In this document: one piece after another, positions 42,766 to 53,163 of the stretch | Layout of the letters: each line of letters opens with the position of its first letter | Numbering within the stretch: position 1 is the stretch's first letter | Assembly: GCA_036918135.1 (NCBI GenBank) | Contig: JBALDB010000048.1 | Location: forward strand, 96,001-160,000 | Direction of reading: 5' to 3' | Length of the DNA: 64,000 nt | Origin: Nostoc sp. | GTDB lineage: Bacteria > Cyanobacteriota > Cyanobacteriia > Cyanobacteriales > Nostocaceae | The notes under the pieces: generated by a model | The model's database searches: none | Seen by the model: only the letters and a program-made list of their open reading frames with translations | What the model was told of the DNA's origin: nothing | Made by a program: the position numbers and the translations under genes

Positions 42766-44594
42766 CTATTGATAACCAGCTGCTTGTAACGAAAACAATT
42801 TAGCGTAACGTCCTCCTGCCTGTAATAATTCTTCGTGAGTTCCTTGTTCTATAACTTCGCCCTTTTCTATAACCAGGATTTTGTCAGCCATTCGTACTGT
42901 GGAGAAGCGATGGGAAATCAAAAGTACCATCTGATTTTGAGTAATAGCGCGAAAATGATTGAAAATCTCAAACTCAGCTTGGGCATCTATTGCTGATGTT
43001 GGTTCATCTAACACCAAGATATCTGCTTGCGATCGCATAAAAGCACGAGACAAGGCAATTTTCTGCCACTGTCCTCCAGAAAGTTCTTGTCCTCCCTTAA
43101 ACCAACGACCAAGTTGAGTCTGGAAGTTCTGGGGTAATTGGTCAATAAAAGATTGAGCCATGCCTTTTTCGGCAGCAGTTTGCCAACGGGTATTGCTTTC
43201 AAGATGTTCTACATCGCCCACACCAATATTCTCACCCACAGTGAACTGATAGCGGACAAAGTTCTGAAAAATCACACCAATGCGACGCCGCAGTACATCT
43301 GCGTCCCATTCCTGCAAGTCCAAGCCATCTAAGAAAATTCGCCCAGAGTCAGGAGTGTAGAGTCGGGTAAGTAGTTTGATTAAAGTAGTCTTACCAGAAC
43401 CGTTTTCACCGACAATTGCCAGTTTTTCTCTGGGTTTCAAATGCAGTGAAATGTTTCTTAACGCTGGCTTGGAACTTCCTGGATAAGTAAATGAGACGTT
43501 CTCAAAACGAATACCATCTTGGGAATTTAAACCAATGGTTGCTTTACCCCAAGACTTTGGTACTTCCTCTTCCAGGAAATCGTAGAGATTTGATAGATAT
43601 AGATTGTCCTCATACATCCCTCCAATAGAAGTAAGGGCATTGGAAAAAGTAGACTGTCCTTGGCGAAACACAGTCAGATACATTGTCATATCTCCTAAGG
43701 AAATCTTACCTAGCACTGTTTCCAGCACAATCCAAGCATATGCCACATAAAAAGCACCAGTACTGAGTAAACTTAGGAGATACCCCCACAGTCCTCGCCG
43801 CAGAGTCAAATCACGGTCTTCCTCATAAAGTAGATTGAATAGGTTGCGGTAACGTTCTAGTAGCATCTCTCCTAGCTGGTAGAGTTTGACTTCTGTAACA
43901 AAATCTTCTCTTGCTAGCAGACTTTCTAAATAATGCTGTTGACGAGTTTCTGGCGCACGCCAACTAAATAAGCGAAAGGCTTCTCCAGCAAACTTCGTTT
44001 CTGTAATAAATACAGGCATAGCTGCTAAAATCAACACCACCACCGCCCAAACGGAGAAATTTACTAGCAAAATACCGTAGGTGAATAGAGAAAGGGCACT
44101 TTGCACTAACCCAAAGGTGCGGTTTACTAGAGAAAGGGGACGAACCGATGCTTCTCGTCGGGCATTGGTCAATTTGTCATAAAATTCTGAGTCTTCAAAC
44201 TGCCTCAAATCGAGTGTCAGCGCCTTTTCTAAAATGAGTACATTTACCCGTTGACCTAGTAGCGCCCGCAATAACGATTGACAAATGACGATTCCTCGCT
44301 GACTACCTGCTAGTAAAATTACAGCGATCGCTTCTAATCCTACATACAATAATGGGTGATAAATATTGACACCATTGCCGTTTGAATTAACTTGAGAGGC
44401 AAATACCACCGCATCAACAATCAACTTACCGAGGTAGGATATCGCCGCCGGTAAAAGACCAGCCACTAAAGTTAAACTAGCCAGAAAAATAGTCAGCGAT
44501 CGGCTAGTAGTCCATACTAAGCTTACAGCCCGTCCACTATAGCGGAAAACCGTCAGTGATTGGCGTACAATATTTCTTTTTTTTTAATTTTCAT
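42766..44594 (-). CDS. ABC transporter, fused permease/ATPase; ATG separated from the body by a frameshift in an A9 run
   Basis: Walker A GENGSGKT, signature LSGGQWQ, Walker B VLDEPT. The body frame extends upstream to a TAA at 44584-44586; the ATG at 44594 is out of frame by 1 nt. Confidence 0.85.
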
Positions 44595-44668
44595 CTTTCT
44601 TTGGACGAGATACCCCTGGTGCAGCGGATCTTTATAACTCTATATTAATCTTAATAAATTTTACATCT

Positions 44669-45799
44669 TTATCCCCACAATCTCCTACCTGCTTTGCCAT
44701 TTAATCTCTGGTGAGTATCTGCCAATAAAGCTGGAATATCTAATTTTTCTGGACATCGTGGTAAACAGTCGCCGCATTCTGTACAGCGGTTAGCTTTCAT
44801 TCCGGGGAACCAGTGACCGGCATTTTCAAACATTCCATAACGATATTGTCCATAGTCTGTCATCTCGTATGCTAATGTCAGGTTTCGTAACCGCAATACC
44901 TCTGGAATATTGATATTTTCTGGGCAAGGCAAACAAGCATAACATTGGCTACACTTATCAATTCCCAAAGCAATTTTTTGATGATTTTCTAATCGCTCAA
45001 ATGCAAAAATTTCTTCTAGTGTAAGTTGATTATCTCGGTCAGCAACTCGCAAAGGTTCGATTAATTCTTCTGGATTGGCTGCCCCGATACTCAAAGTAGT
45101 AATACGGTTATCTGCTAGTAAAAATCGATAGTTTAATTCTAGGGGTGAATACGGCTGACACAGGTCTTTTAGAGTTTGGGGTGGTGTGTAGAGGCGTCCT
45201 CCCTTATCAGCAGGGGAAATAATGAAAATCCCCATATCCTTTTCGGCTGCTAGTTGAATTGCTGGGGCGTGGCGTTGGAAAAAATAGTAATAATGCAGAT
45301 TAACAAATTCAAAAAAATCTGTATTTATAGCTGCCTGAATTAGCTCTAACGAGCCGTGGGTGGAAAAACCAACGTGTCGCACTCGACCATCAGCAACAGC
45401 TTCTTCTACAGCTTGCATACAACCATTTTTGGCTTGCACCCATTCTAAATGTTGCCAAGTGTTCAAGCCATGAATGCCTAAGCAATCTATATAATCTATT
45501 TGTAATTGTTCTAGGGATTCGTCGATGCACCGACGCATGGTGTCAGCATCTACTGTGGCTGGAATTTTGGTAGTCAGGTGCAGCCTCGTTCGGGGTACTG
45601 ATAAACCAGCTTTTAGCGCTTTACCAAGATATTCCTGACTTTTGCCGTAACCTCTGGCAGTTTCTAGATGATTAATTCCTAAGGCTAAGGCTTGTTCGAT
45701 GGTTTGCTGAGCATTTTCAAAATCAGCCAGGTAGCGCATTGTTCCTAAGGAAAAAACCGAGAGGCGCAAATTTGTTTTCCCAAAGCGTCGGTATTGCAT
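44669..45799 (-). CDS. Aldo/keto reductase with C-terminal 4Fe-4S domain
   Basis: MQYRRFGKT..SLGTMR, ETARGYG; CSQCYACLPCP and CTECGDCLPRCP. Confidence 0.92.
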   Translation of the reverse strand: MQYRRFGKTNLRLSVFSLGTMRYLADFENAQQTIEQALALGINHLETARGYGKSQEYLGKALKAGLSVPRTRLHLTTKIPATVDADTMRRCIDESLEQLQIDYIDCLGIHGLNTWQHLEWVQAKNGCMQAVEEAVADGRVRHVGFSTHGSLELIQAAINTDFFEFVNLHYYYFFQRHAPAIQLAAEKDMGIFIISPADKGGRLYTPPQTLKDLCQPYSPLELNYRFLLADNRITTLSIGAANPEELIEPLRVADRDNQLTLEEIFAFERLENHQKIALGIDKCSQCYACLPCPENINIPEVLRLRNLTLAYEMTDYGQYRYGMFENAGHWFPGMKANRCTECGDCLPRCPEKLDIPALLADTHQRLNGKAGRRLWG

Positions 45800-45906
45800 G
45801 ATTAACACTAGTTAGAACAGAGACGCGATTAACCCAAGTCTTTTCAAAATTAATCGCGTCCGTACAAGAGTTAGGAGTTAAATGAAAATAACTCTTAACT
45901 CATAAC

Positions 45907-46404
45907 TTAGCTGTCGCCATTACCGAAGCGCTTGATCAAATCCTCAGGGCGAAGATTGGAAATAAATTCACGGAAGGCTTGCTGTTCGGCTTCATCTGCA
46001 TCGCGGTCAACAGGGATAGAAGCATCAGCGATGACTTCTTCCATTACCCAAATTGGGGTATTTGTACGCAGCGCAATGGCGATCGCATCGCTAGGACGGG
46101 CGTCAATTTCCTTTTTGACCTCGCCTTGCTGGACAATTAAGGCTGCATAAAATGTATCCTTTTGCAGGGAATGAATAATCACCTTCTCTAGAGTCATGTT
46201 CCAAGTCTCTAGAAGATTCACCATCAAATCGTGGGTTAAGGGTCTAGGAGGCTTCTGATTCTCCAATGCGCCCATAATTGCCCTAGCTTGTTCTTGACCA
46301 ATATAAATTGGCAAAGCCCGCCGATCTGAAGAATCTTTCAAAAGTACGATCGGGCTACGGGTTATGGCATCTAATGCTATGCCAGCGACTTTCATTTCAA
46401 TCAT
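45907..46404 (-). CDS. Bifunctional nuclease family (DUF151)
   Basis: LPIYIG..QA.AI, PPRPLTHDL, IDARPSDAIAIALR. Confidence 0.92.
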   Translation of the reverse strand: MIEMKVAGIALDAITRSPIVLLKDSSDRRALPIYIGQEQARAIMGALENQKPPRPLTHDLMVNLLETWNMTLEKVIIHSLQKDTFYAALIVQQGEVKKEIDARPSDAIAIALRTNTPIWVMEEVIADASIPVDRDADEAEQQAFREFISNLRPEDLIKRFGNGDS

Positions 46405-46744
46405 TGGCTAAGCCTCTACAATTTGTTGAGAGCTTTGGATGCTGTGTAACAAATAGTACCCTTTTTCGGGTGGTTTGGCGACAGTAATAAACATAAGCAT
46501 TCGTTCTCTATAATTGCTTCTATTAAACTCCGAACTTGTGGTGAACACCAGAGTAAATCAAATGGGTCTACTTAAACAATAAGCTTCTTACCCAAGTATG
46601 CCTTGTGAAGGATGCTAATGTGTTAATATTCCTTATATAAAAAAAGTCAGAAAATATACTAATATATTCACAATTTTTGTGACAATTACTAATTAATTTC
46701 AGTCAAAATTAGGCAATAAATAGAGTTAGTTTGGCAAAAAAGCT

Positions 46745-47425
46745 GTGTTTACAGGATTAATCCAAGCATTAGGAACGATGAAACCCTTAGGGGGCGATTC
46801 TTGGCAAATTACTTGTGTTAGCCAGTCAACTGAAGTAATTATGCAAGATTTGGCTTATGGTGACAGTGTGGCGGTAGATGGCGTTTGTTTGACAGTAGAA
46901 AAAGTTTTAAAAGATGGGTTTATCGCTACTGCTTCACCGGAAACGCTGCGCCGCACCACTTTGGGAGGTGAGCAAACCCAGCAGAAATATGTCAATTTAG
47001 AAGCGTCGCTGAAAGTTGGCAGCAAAATTGGCGGTCATTTTGTCATGGGTCATGTAGACGGCATCGGACGATTGCTAGTGGCAGAACAAACGGCTAGTTC
47101 TTGGGAAATGACCTTTAGTGCATCAGAGGCGATCGCACGCTACATTGTCCCCAAAGGTAGCATTGCCATCAATGGTATCAGCCTTACAGTAGCCGCATAT
47201 GAGCCAGAATTTTCGCAATTTAAGGTGGCGGTAATCCCCCTTACTTATGCCGAGACAAATCTTCGTTACTTGGCTGCTGGCAGTTTGGTAAATCTAGAAG
47301 GAGATATTCTTGGCAAATACGTCGAAAAATTCTTCCATTCAGGCAAGCCACACACCACAGACCCTGATAACAATAGTATAAACGACATTACACCCGCATT
47401 CTTAGTAGAACACGGGTATTTATAA
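46745..47425 (+). CDS. ribE: Riboflavin synthase (alpha chain)
   Basis: MFTGL, GDSVAVDGVCLT, VNLE, GGHFVMGHVDG. Confidence 0.95.
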   Translation: MFTGLIQALGTMKPLGGDSWQITCVSQSTEVIMQDLAYGDSVAVDGVCLTVEKVLKDGFIATASPETLRRTTLGGEQTQQKYVNLEASLKVGSKIGGHFVMGHVDGIGRLLVAEQTASSWEMTFSASEAIARYIVPKGSIAINGISLTVAAYEPEFSQFKVAVIPLTYAETNLRYLAAGSLVNLEGDILGKYVEKFFHSGKPHTTDPDNNSINDITPAFLVEHGYL

Positions 47426-47628
47426 TTTAAAAATGGGAATGGGGCATTAGCCAAATAGGGAGTTAGGTAGAGACGCGATTAATTGCGTCTCTACAAGAGT
47501 TAAGAGTTAGCAATTCTCTCTCCCTCATCTGGCGGTTGGTGAGTTTTGACTACGCAAAAATCGAGCGAAGTCGAGATTCAACTACCGCCAAGTCGAACCA
47601 CATCGCCCTCATCTCTCCCAGGAACCAG

Positions 47629-49188
47629 TTAACTTCCTGGTTCCTGGCTGACCTGAGCAGTCTGCAAGCCTCGGACTAACTGGCTGAGGGCGCTTTGTAA
47701 ATCCGCGCCTGGGTCAGTAGCAACCCACCCATTCGGTGTTAAGTGACGGACTTCAAAGTGCAGGTGAGGCCCTGTAGAGTTGCCTGTACTGCCAACTCGC
47801 CCGATCATAGTCCCTGCTTGTACCCACTGACCGGGTTGAACAAAGATTTCTGACATGTGACCGTAGAGAGTTTGCTCAGCAGATTTGTGATCGAGGATAA
47901 CGGTTAAACCATAACCACCCACCCAGTTAGCAGTTTCTACAGTTCCAGGAGCAGCAGCCAAAACTGGTGTTCCCATCGGCGCACCCAAGTCTGTACCAGC
48001 ATGAAAGCGTTGGTTTCCTGTAATTGGATGAATTCGCCAACCAAACAAAGAAGTAATGGGAGCAGGAATCGACAGTGGATACATCATTCCTGTTCCACCA
48101 TAGGCAATTGTGGGACTGTAGGGGATTTGTGGCAATACTGATGCCAGCGAGAAGTCATAAGCTACGGTGCTAGGGCGGGGTGCAACGTTACCATCTGCCA
48201 TTGGTGGCGGTAAAGTACCACCGCTGGGTGCAATAGGAGTTGCACTCACCTTCGTAGTGTTGAATTCGCTGGGATTAGGAATAAACCGATTCGGGCGGAA
48301 TGCAGTCTTGCTTTCACTATTAGAAACACTTTGAACAGCACGCCATCTGCTATTGCTAGGAGCGGTTGCAACCTGCTGCACTGGTGAAACGACTGCCAAC
48401 TGGGCGTTTTGACTTCTTCTGAGCCAACTAGGTGCTAATTTACCATTAGAATTAGCTACACGCCCAGTTTGGGGCGCTTTAGCGCAAACCCCACTAGATA
48501 CGCCTTGTCCTGAAGGCAAAATGGCTCGGCAACCACTAGAGCGTTCTGTGAGGATTACAGAATTTGGTGCTTGATAAGTGCCCGTTGCGCCGATGTCATA
48601 ACTATTGGGGTCAATATAGGCGTTATTATAATCCTTAGTTTTCTCCGTCGTTGCCCTAACAGTAGTGTTCGAGTTATTTGCTGGTTGAGCAACTTCTGGG
48701 AGTTTTTCAGGTAACGAGCGGGGAGGAGTATTAGGTTTTTGCTCTCTCACCTTTGCAGGAGCGATTTGAGAAGTTTCTAACTTGGGCTTTGACTGTCTGA
48801 TAATCACAACAGGTTTAGCAGCTTCAATGGGTGTAGACTGCCTAATTGGCTCTTTTGATTGAGCAACTTCTGGCTTCTTGCCTAGTCTGTGTCTGAGTCT
48901 GGCTCGCCGTTGAGCAAAGTCTGGCTGTGTTTGAGCTACTTCAGGAGTAACAGTCTGTTTTTTCGCTGAATTTATAACTACTGTTGGCTGGGAACTTTCA
49001 ACAGTAGGAACGATATTGTCTATTTGTGTTTCCGTTTGAGCAGACACGAAGCCGCCGCTCAGGAGACTGATGCTGCTTAGCCAACAGAGACTCTGTGCTG
49101 GTAGCGTCGAGGCAAAACGTTTTTTTGTCACATCTCGCTGCCATGAGTAGTGCAAACGATGATAGGCAGAATTTTTGCGCTGCGTCAT
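47629..49188 (-). CDS. M23 family metallopeptidase
   Basis: FGWRIHPI..FHAGTD, YGHM, GSTGNSTGPHLHFE. Confidence 0.93.
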   Translation of the reverse strand: MTQRKNSAYHRLHYSWQRDVTKKRFASTLPAQSLCWLSSISLLSGGFVSAQTETQIDNIVPTVESSQPTVVINSAKKQTVTPEVAQTQPDFAQRRARLRHRLGKKPEVAQSKEPIRQSTPIEAAKPVVIIRQSKPKLETSQIAPAKVREQKPNTPPRSLPEKLPEVAQPANNSNTTVRATTEKTKDYNNAYIDPNSYDIGATGTYQAPNSVILTERSSGCRAILPSGQGVSSGVCAKAPQTGRVANSNGKLAPSWLRRSQNAQLAVVSPVQQVATAPSNSRWRAVQSVSNSESKTAFRPNRFIPNPSEFNTTKVSATPIAPSGGTLPPPMADGNVAPRPSTVAYDFSLASVLPQIPYSPTIAYGGTGMMYPLSIPAPITSLFGWRIHPITGNQRFHAGTDLGAPMGTPVLAAAPGTVETANWVGGYGLTVILDHKSAEQTLYGHMSEIFVQPGQWVQAGTMIGRVGSTGNSTGPHLHFEVRHLTPNGWVATDPGADLQSALSQLVRGLQTAQVSQEPGS

Positions 49189-49278
49189 TTGTTCTCTCAG
49201 TTGTGTGTAATTAGCCTAAAGAGATGATGCTAGTGGTTTGTCTTGTCCAAAGAGCGATATTTTGGACAAACCTCAAAT

Positions 49279-50097
49279 TTAAACGGAAGATTTATGGTAT
49301 CCCAAACTGATTGTACCGGGTTGAATATAAATTTCCGGTGTGATTAGTTCTTTTGTGCCATAAGTTTCTAAATCAACTCGTAAATTTCCTTGAGGAGTCA
49401 CCCCGACTACAGTACCCGAAAGATTATTGACGTACACCTTATCGCCCATATTTGTAAGCAAATCTAAATAGCGAGACAAGAGTATACTTATTCCTTCTTG
49501 GAAAAGGCACTGCATACCGGATTCTATTCCGAGTAAAACTGTAGAGGTGAGCATTTCCAAACAATAAATTAGTCTGGAATTTTGGGAAGCTTGCCACGAT
49601 TCCAGATTAATTCCAGTTTCTGGTACCGGGTTTGCCCAGTTAATACCAACACCAATTATTGCTTGCGTAATTTGTCCTTTGTTTACTTTGGTTTCTGTCA
49701 AAATGCCGCCTAGCTTGCGACCATTTAAAATTAAATCATTGGGCCATTTTATCCCAACATTTACGTTGTGCTGGCGCAATTGAGACGCTATTCCCCAAGC
49801 ACTAGCGAAAGTTAGCTGATAGCTGTCGGTAGCTGCTATTTTCTGGTCGAGAGAAATCGCTAGCGAAAGATACAATCCCCCAGCAGGAGAAATCCATTGG
49901 CGTCCCCATTGTCCCCGTCCAGCAGTCTGTGAAGTTGCAATTACTACTGTTCCCGAACTAGCCCCAAGGTTTAGCATGTCCCAAAGGGTTTGGTTGGTTG
50001 AGGAGACACTTTCAAAAAAATGCAGATCGAATGGTAAATATGGATATTTACGCCCTGCCTTTAAAGCTGCTTCTAAATTTTGCAAATCAAATACCAC
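49279..50097 (-). CDS. birA: Biotin--[acetyl-CoA carboxylase] ligase
   Basis: STN, QTAGRGQWGRQW, KWPND, KLGGIL, GVGIN. Confidence 0.94.
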   Translation of the reverse strand: MVFDLQNLEAALKAGRKYPYLPFDLHFFESVSSTNQTLWDMLNLGASSGTVVIATSQTAGRGQWGRQWISPAGGLYLSLAISLDQKIAATDSYQLTFASAWGIASQLRQHNVNVGIKWPNDLILNGRKLGGILTETKVNKGQITQAIIGVGINWANPVPETGINLESWQASQNSRLIYCLEMLTSTVLLGIESGMQCLFQEGISILLSRYLDLLTNMGDKVYVNNLSGTVVGVTPQGNLRVDLETYGTKELITPEIYIQPGTISLGYHKSSV

Positions 50098-50176
50098 AGC
50101 AGTTAACCCAAATAGCGTTGTTCAAGTTAGCATTAATTGGCTGATGAGTAGATTTTCTGTTTAGGTTTGGTTAACG

Positions 50177-50953
50177 ATGCACACTTGGTACTGGTGTAAT
50201 TGGCAAGGACTGCCCTATCTGAGGTGTAGTATTCTGGATTGGGATCACGGTTTCTTTACCCAGCAGTTTTGGCCGCGATCGCCACAAGATCTCACACTAG
50301 TACTCCAACCGGAGGCATCAGTCTATCGCTTAAAGCAAGTACATGGCAATACTGTTCTCACCCCCCAAGAAATTGCTACCAGCACTCTTGAGGATGGTTT
50401 AGCATCAGCAGATGGTTTAATTAGCGAACAGCCTCTACAAGCTATCTGGGTCGCTAGTGCAGATTGTACACCCGTGCTGATTGGGGATGTGAAAACTGGA
50501 CAAGTGGCAGCAGTACACGCTGGATGGCGGGGTACTGCCAAGAAGATTGTTCCCCAAGCGATCGCTCGATTACAATCCCAAGGCAGCCAACTCGATAATT
50601 TACGTGTGGCGATAGGGCCAGCGATCGCTGGTGAAGTTTACCAGGTTTCTGTTGATGTAGCTGCCGAAATCGGAGCCAGCATTATATCACATAATGACGA
50701 ACAAAAAATTGTTCAAGCATTACAAAATCTGCCCAATTCACCTTTATTAGCAGACCCCAATCCAGGAAAGGTCAGGCTAGATGTCCGGCGAGTAAATGCC
50801 TTACAGCTAGAAAGTTTGGGAATTGGTGGAGAACAAATTGCGATCGCTCCTTATTGTACTTTCCAAACTCCAGAGCATTTCTTTTCTTACCGCCGCGAAC
50901 AAGAGAAAAAAGTGCAGTGGTCAGGGATTGTCAGTGGTAAAACAACTCAATAG
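50177..50953 (+). CDS. pgeF: PgeF/YfiH (DUF152) family protein
   Basis: QVHG, ADG, SADCTPV, AVHAGWRG, IGPAI, FFSYRR. Confidence 0.93.
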   Translation: MHTWYWCNWQGLPYLRCSILDWDHGFFTQQFWPRSPQDLTLVLQPEASVYRLKQVHGNTVLTPQEIATSTLEDGLASADGLISEQPLQAIWVASADCTPVLIGDVKTGQVAAVHAGWRGTAKKIVPQAIARLQSQGSQLDNLRVAIGPAIAGEVYQVSVDVAAEIGASIISHNDEQKIVQALQNLPNSPLLADPNPGKVRLDVRRVNALQLESLGIGGEQIAIAPYCTFQTPEHFFSYRREQEKKVQWSGIVSGKTTQ

Positions 50954-50965
50954 CCTATATTTTTA

Positions 50966-51360
50966 TCACAGGATAGTACTAATACTATCTACGATTTCAA
51001 GGGTTAATATCCCTTTTGGTTTGTTAACTACCAACTGCATAATGTCCAGCCACAACGAACCTATTATAGTATCAGGAATTTCATCTTCAACATGGACGGT
51101 AATTATAACTTCAGTTCCATCAATAATGAGTTTGCCTTGATAGATATCGAATCGTGCTTCTCCTCGTGCTGTCCGCATTTCAATTTGTGCGGTTATCAAT
51201 GACCACTTCAATACTTCCAAGTCTTGAGTATTAATGGCTAACCACCCATCTGTAAACCCAGTATCGAGTAAAGCTGCAACAGAAATTTTTTATTATTAGC
51301 AGCAACAAGCTGAATTTCAAATAATAACTCGCCATTATCCCCAAACAAACCTGCAATCAT
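50966..51360 (-). pseudogene. Clan AA aspartyl-protease-like gene, frameshifted
   Basis: ATG at 51360 gives MIAGLFGDNGELLFEIQLVAANNKK; after a 1-nt loss near the A6 run (51286-51291) the frame continues VAALLDTGFTDGWL...IIGSLWL. Confidence 0.75.
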
Positions 51361-51671
51361 AGCCTACCGCAGGTTCCTGTGTCGTTAAGTCGATATATGG
51401 TAAGTTTTACTTCGTTGATGTTGCCATAAGCATCGTGGATTTTTTGTATTATCCCCAAGAACGTTGGGTCAATAAGGTACTATTCTGTTTCAGGGTCAAT
51501 GGCAATATGCCAGTTGTAATGTGTTTGGATCAAAGTTGGACGTAAGCGCTCAAAAATAGCACGACACTGCATAGCAAGAGCATCACGTTGTTCCTGACGG
51601 TGACGCACTTCTTCAGGTGCTAATGATGCTTGTAGAATACGGGTGCGTCGTGGGTGGGATACCTGTGTCAT
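51357..51671 (-). pseudogene. Small partner gene of the aspartyl protease, with a premature TAG
   Basis: MTQVSHPRR...HYNWHIAIDPETE*YLIDPT...RLNDTGTCGRL*; the final TGA overlaps the ATG of the downstream gene (ATGA). Confidence 0.75.
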
Positions 51672-51782
51672 ATTAATAATATGTACGCTCTTGTATGGTC
51701 TTATTATCAAGTTAATTTCAAATCACAAATCTAAAATCTAAAATTTATTGACTAAAAGTCAAGTTAATGCATTATATAAAAC

Positions 51783-51897
51783 TTCACGATGCATTAAGGC
51801 ACGATCTACTAAAGACTGTATTTGCTCAGGTGATAAAGGATCGCCATTACCCTAATGCTCCATCCAAGTCAGACTAATCAAATTTGGGCCATCTGGT
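51783..51897 (-). pseudogene. Displaced duplicate of the csaB 3' end
   Basis: Aligns without gaps to 53194-53308 (offset 1411 nt); differences are mostly synonymous and include one TAG. Confidence 0.9.
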
Positions 51898-52051
51898 TGC
51901 CAATGAGCGGCTCTAGCCCTATTTTCCGGACTGGAGCCGCTTGACTACAAACCTTTAATTATTCACGCCCACTTACTTATGACTCTTGGTGTTCTAAGTT
52001 GACATCCGATTCAATAGTTCAAATTTCAGAACCTGCTTTTGACGAAGGGAA

Positions 52052-52486
52052 CTAATTGCTAAGACTAAAATACTTACGGTGATTCCTAAAACGGCATAAC
52101 TCGGTAGGGCGAAGATAGTTACTTTCATCAAGTATGGCAATTCCCCTGCTTTCACCTTCCAGTGGTTTGCTAGAGAGCCGATGAGCCAATTTACTCGCTA
52201 CATAGTACCATTGAAAGTCCCACAAGGGTGGATGTGGTTGATTTAGGAAATAAATTAGCCAATCGGTATAACAGAGGAATCTTGTAATGACTAATACAAC
52301 ACCTGCTTGGACGAGAAAGTTAACAATTGGTTGACGAAAAAATTGCATTAACCGTTGGATTACAGAAGATTTTAAGAATAAAGAATTTTTCTAGACGGCT
52401 TTTTCAGCATCTAATCGCCAATTATTTTTGAGAACTAAAGCAACTAAAATTATTATAATTATGTTCCAAAAGCCAAAGCCGATCAT
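52052..52486 (-). pseudogene. Degraded membrane-protein fragment (possibly GT87/DUF2029 N-terminus)
   Basis: Hydrophobic segments and WDFQWYYVAS (DFxxYYxA-like); the upstream part is interrupted by stops. Confidence 0.35.
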
Positions 52487-53163
52487 TGCAATAATCTCAA
52501 TAGTTATTTTTATAATTCATTAGAATAAATTAGAATATCCCATGTTTAAAAAGCGTAATCAATCAAAAATTTATTATTTATCTCCACGATTGAATTTACT
52601 TGCTCTAAATCACGATTTATCTACTTTGTTATTCATAATTCAGGATTTAATTCTGGCGAGTGACGCCTTTATTCTTTCTTGCTTATAACTTACGTAAGTG
52701 TTATTTTTTTCGCAAAATAGTCCCAAGTCAAAAGTCCAAAGTCTAAAAAACTTGACTCTTGATAGGAAGATATTTGCTAGTTGCGTAAGTCCTGTTACTA
52801 AATAATATCGCCGAATTAAATCGTTATAAATGACACTTAAGTATTTTCATAATCAATTTACAAACCGAATTTTGACAATTACTCCCTTGCTGTCACAACC
52901 AAAGCTTACTCTCAGGGACATGAGCCACCATTGTCCGATCGCTCTTAAGTGTCAGTGCTGGTATTTACTTTAGCTATTGTTTATAATTTATTTCGATTTC
53001 TTTGATGCTTAACGATCGCCCCGCTACCTATTCGGCTTGATATTAGATGTTATCTAGTCAATAATCTGCAAAAGCCGATTTGGTAAACTGGGAACAAGCA
53101 TCGCAATTTAACCAAAGAGTATATAAACGAAGTTTGTATTTTCTCGGCTCTAGATTTTTGGTC

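Noticed and set aside
46446..46459. NtcA-like site GTAacaaatagTAC upstream of the DUF151 gene
   Set aside because: No correctly spaced -10 element toward the gene; such 6-base matches are expected by chance in 64 kb.
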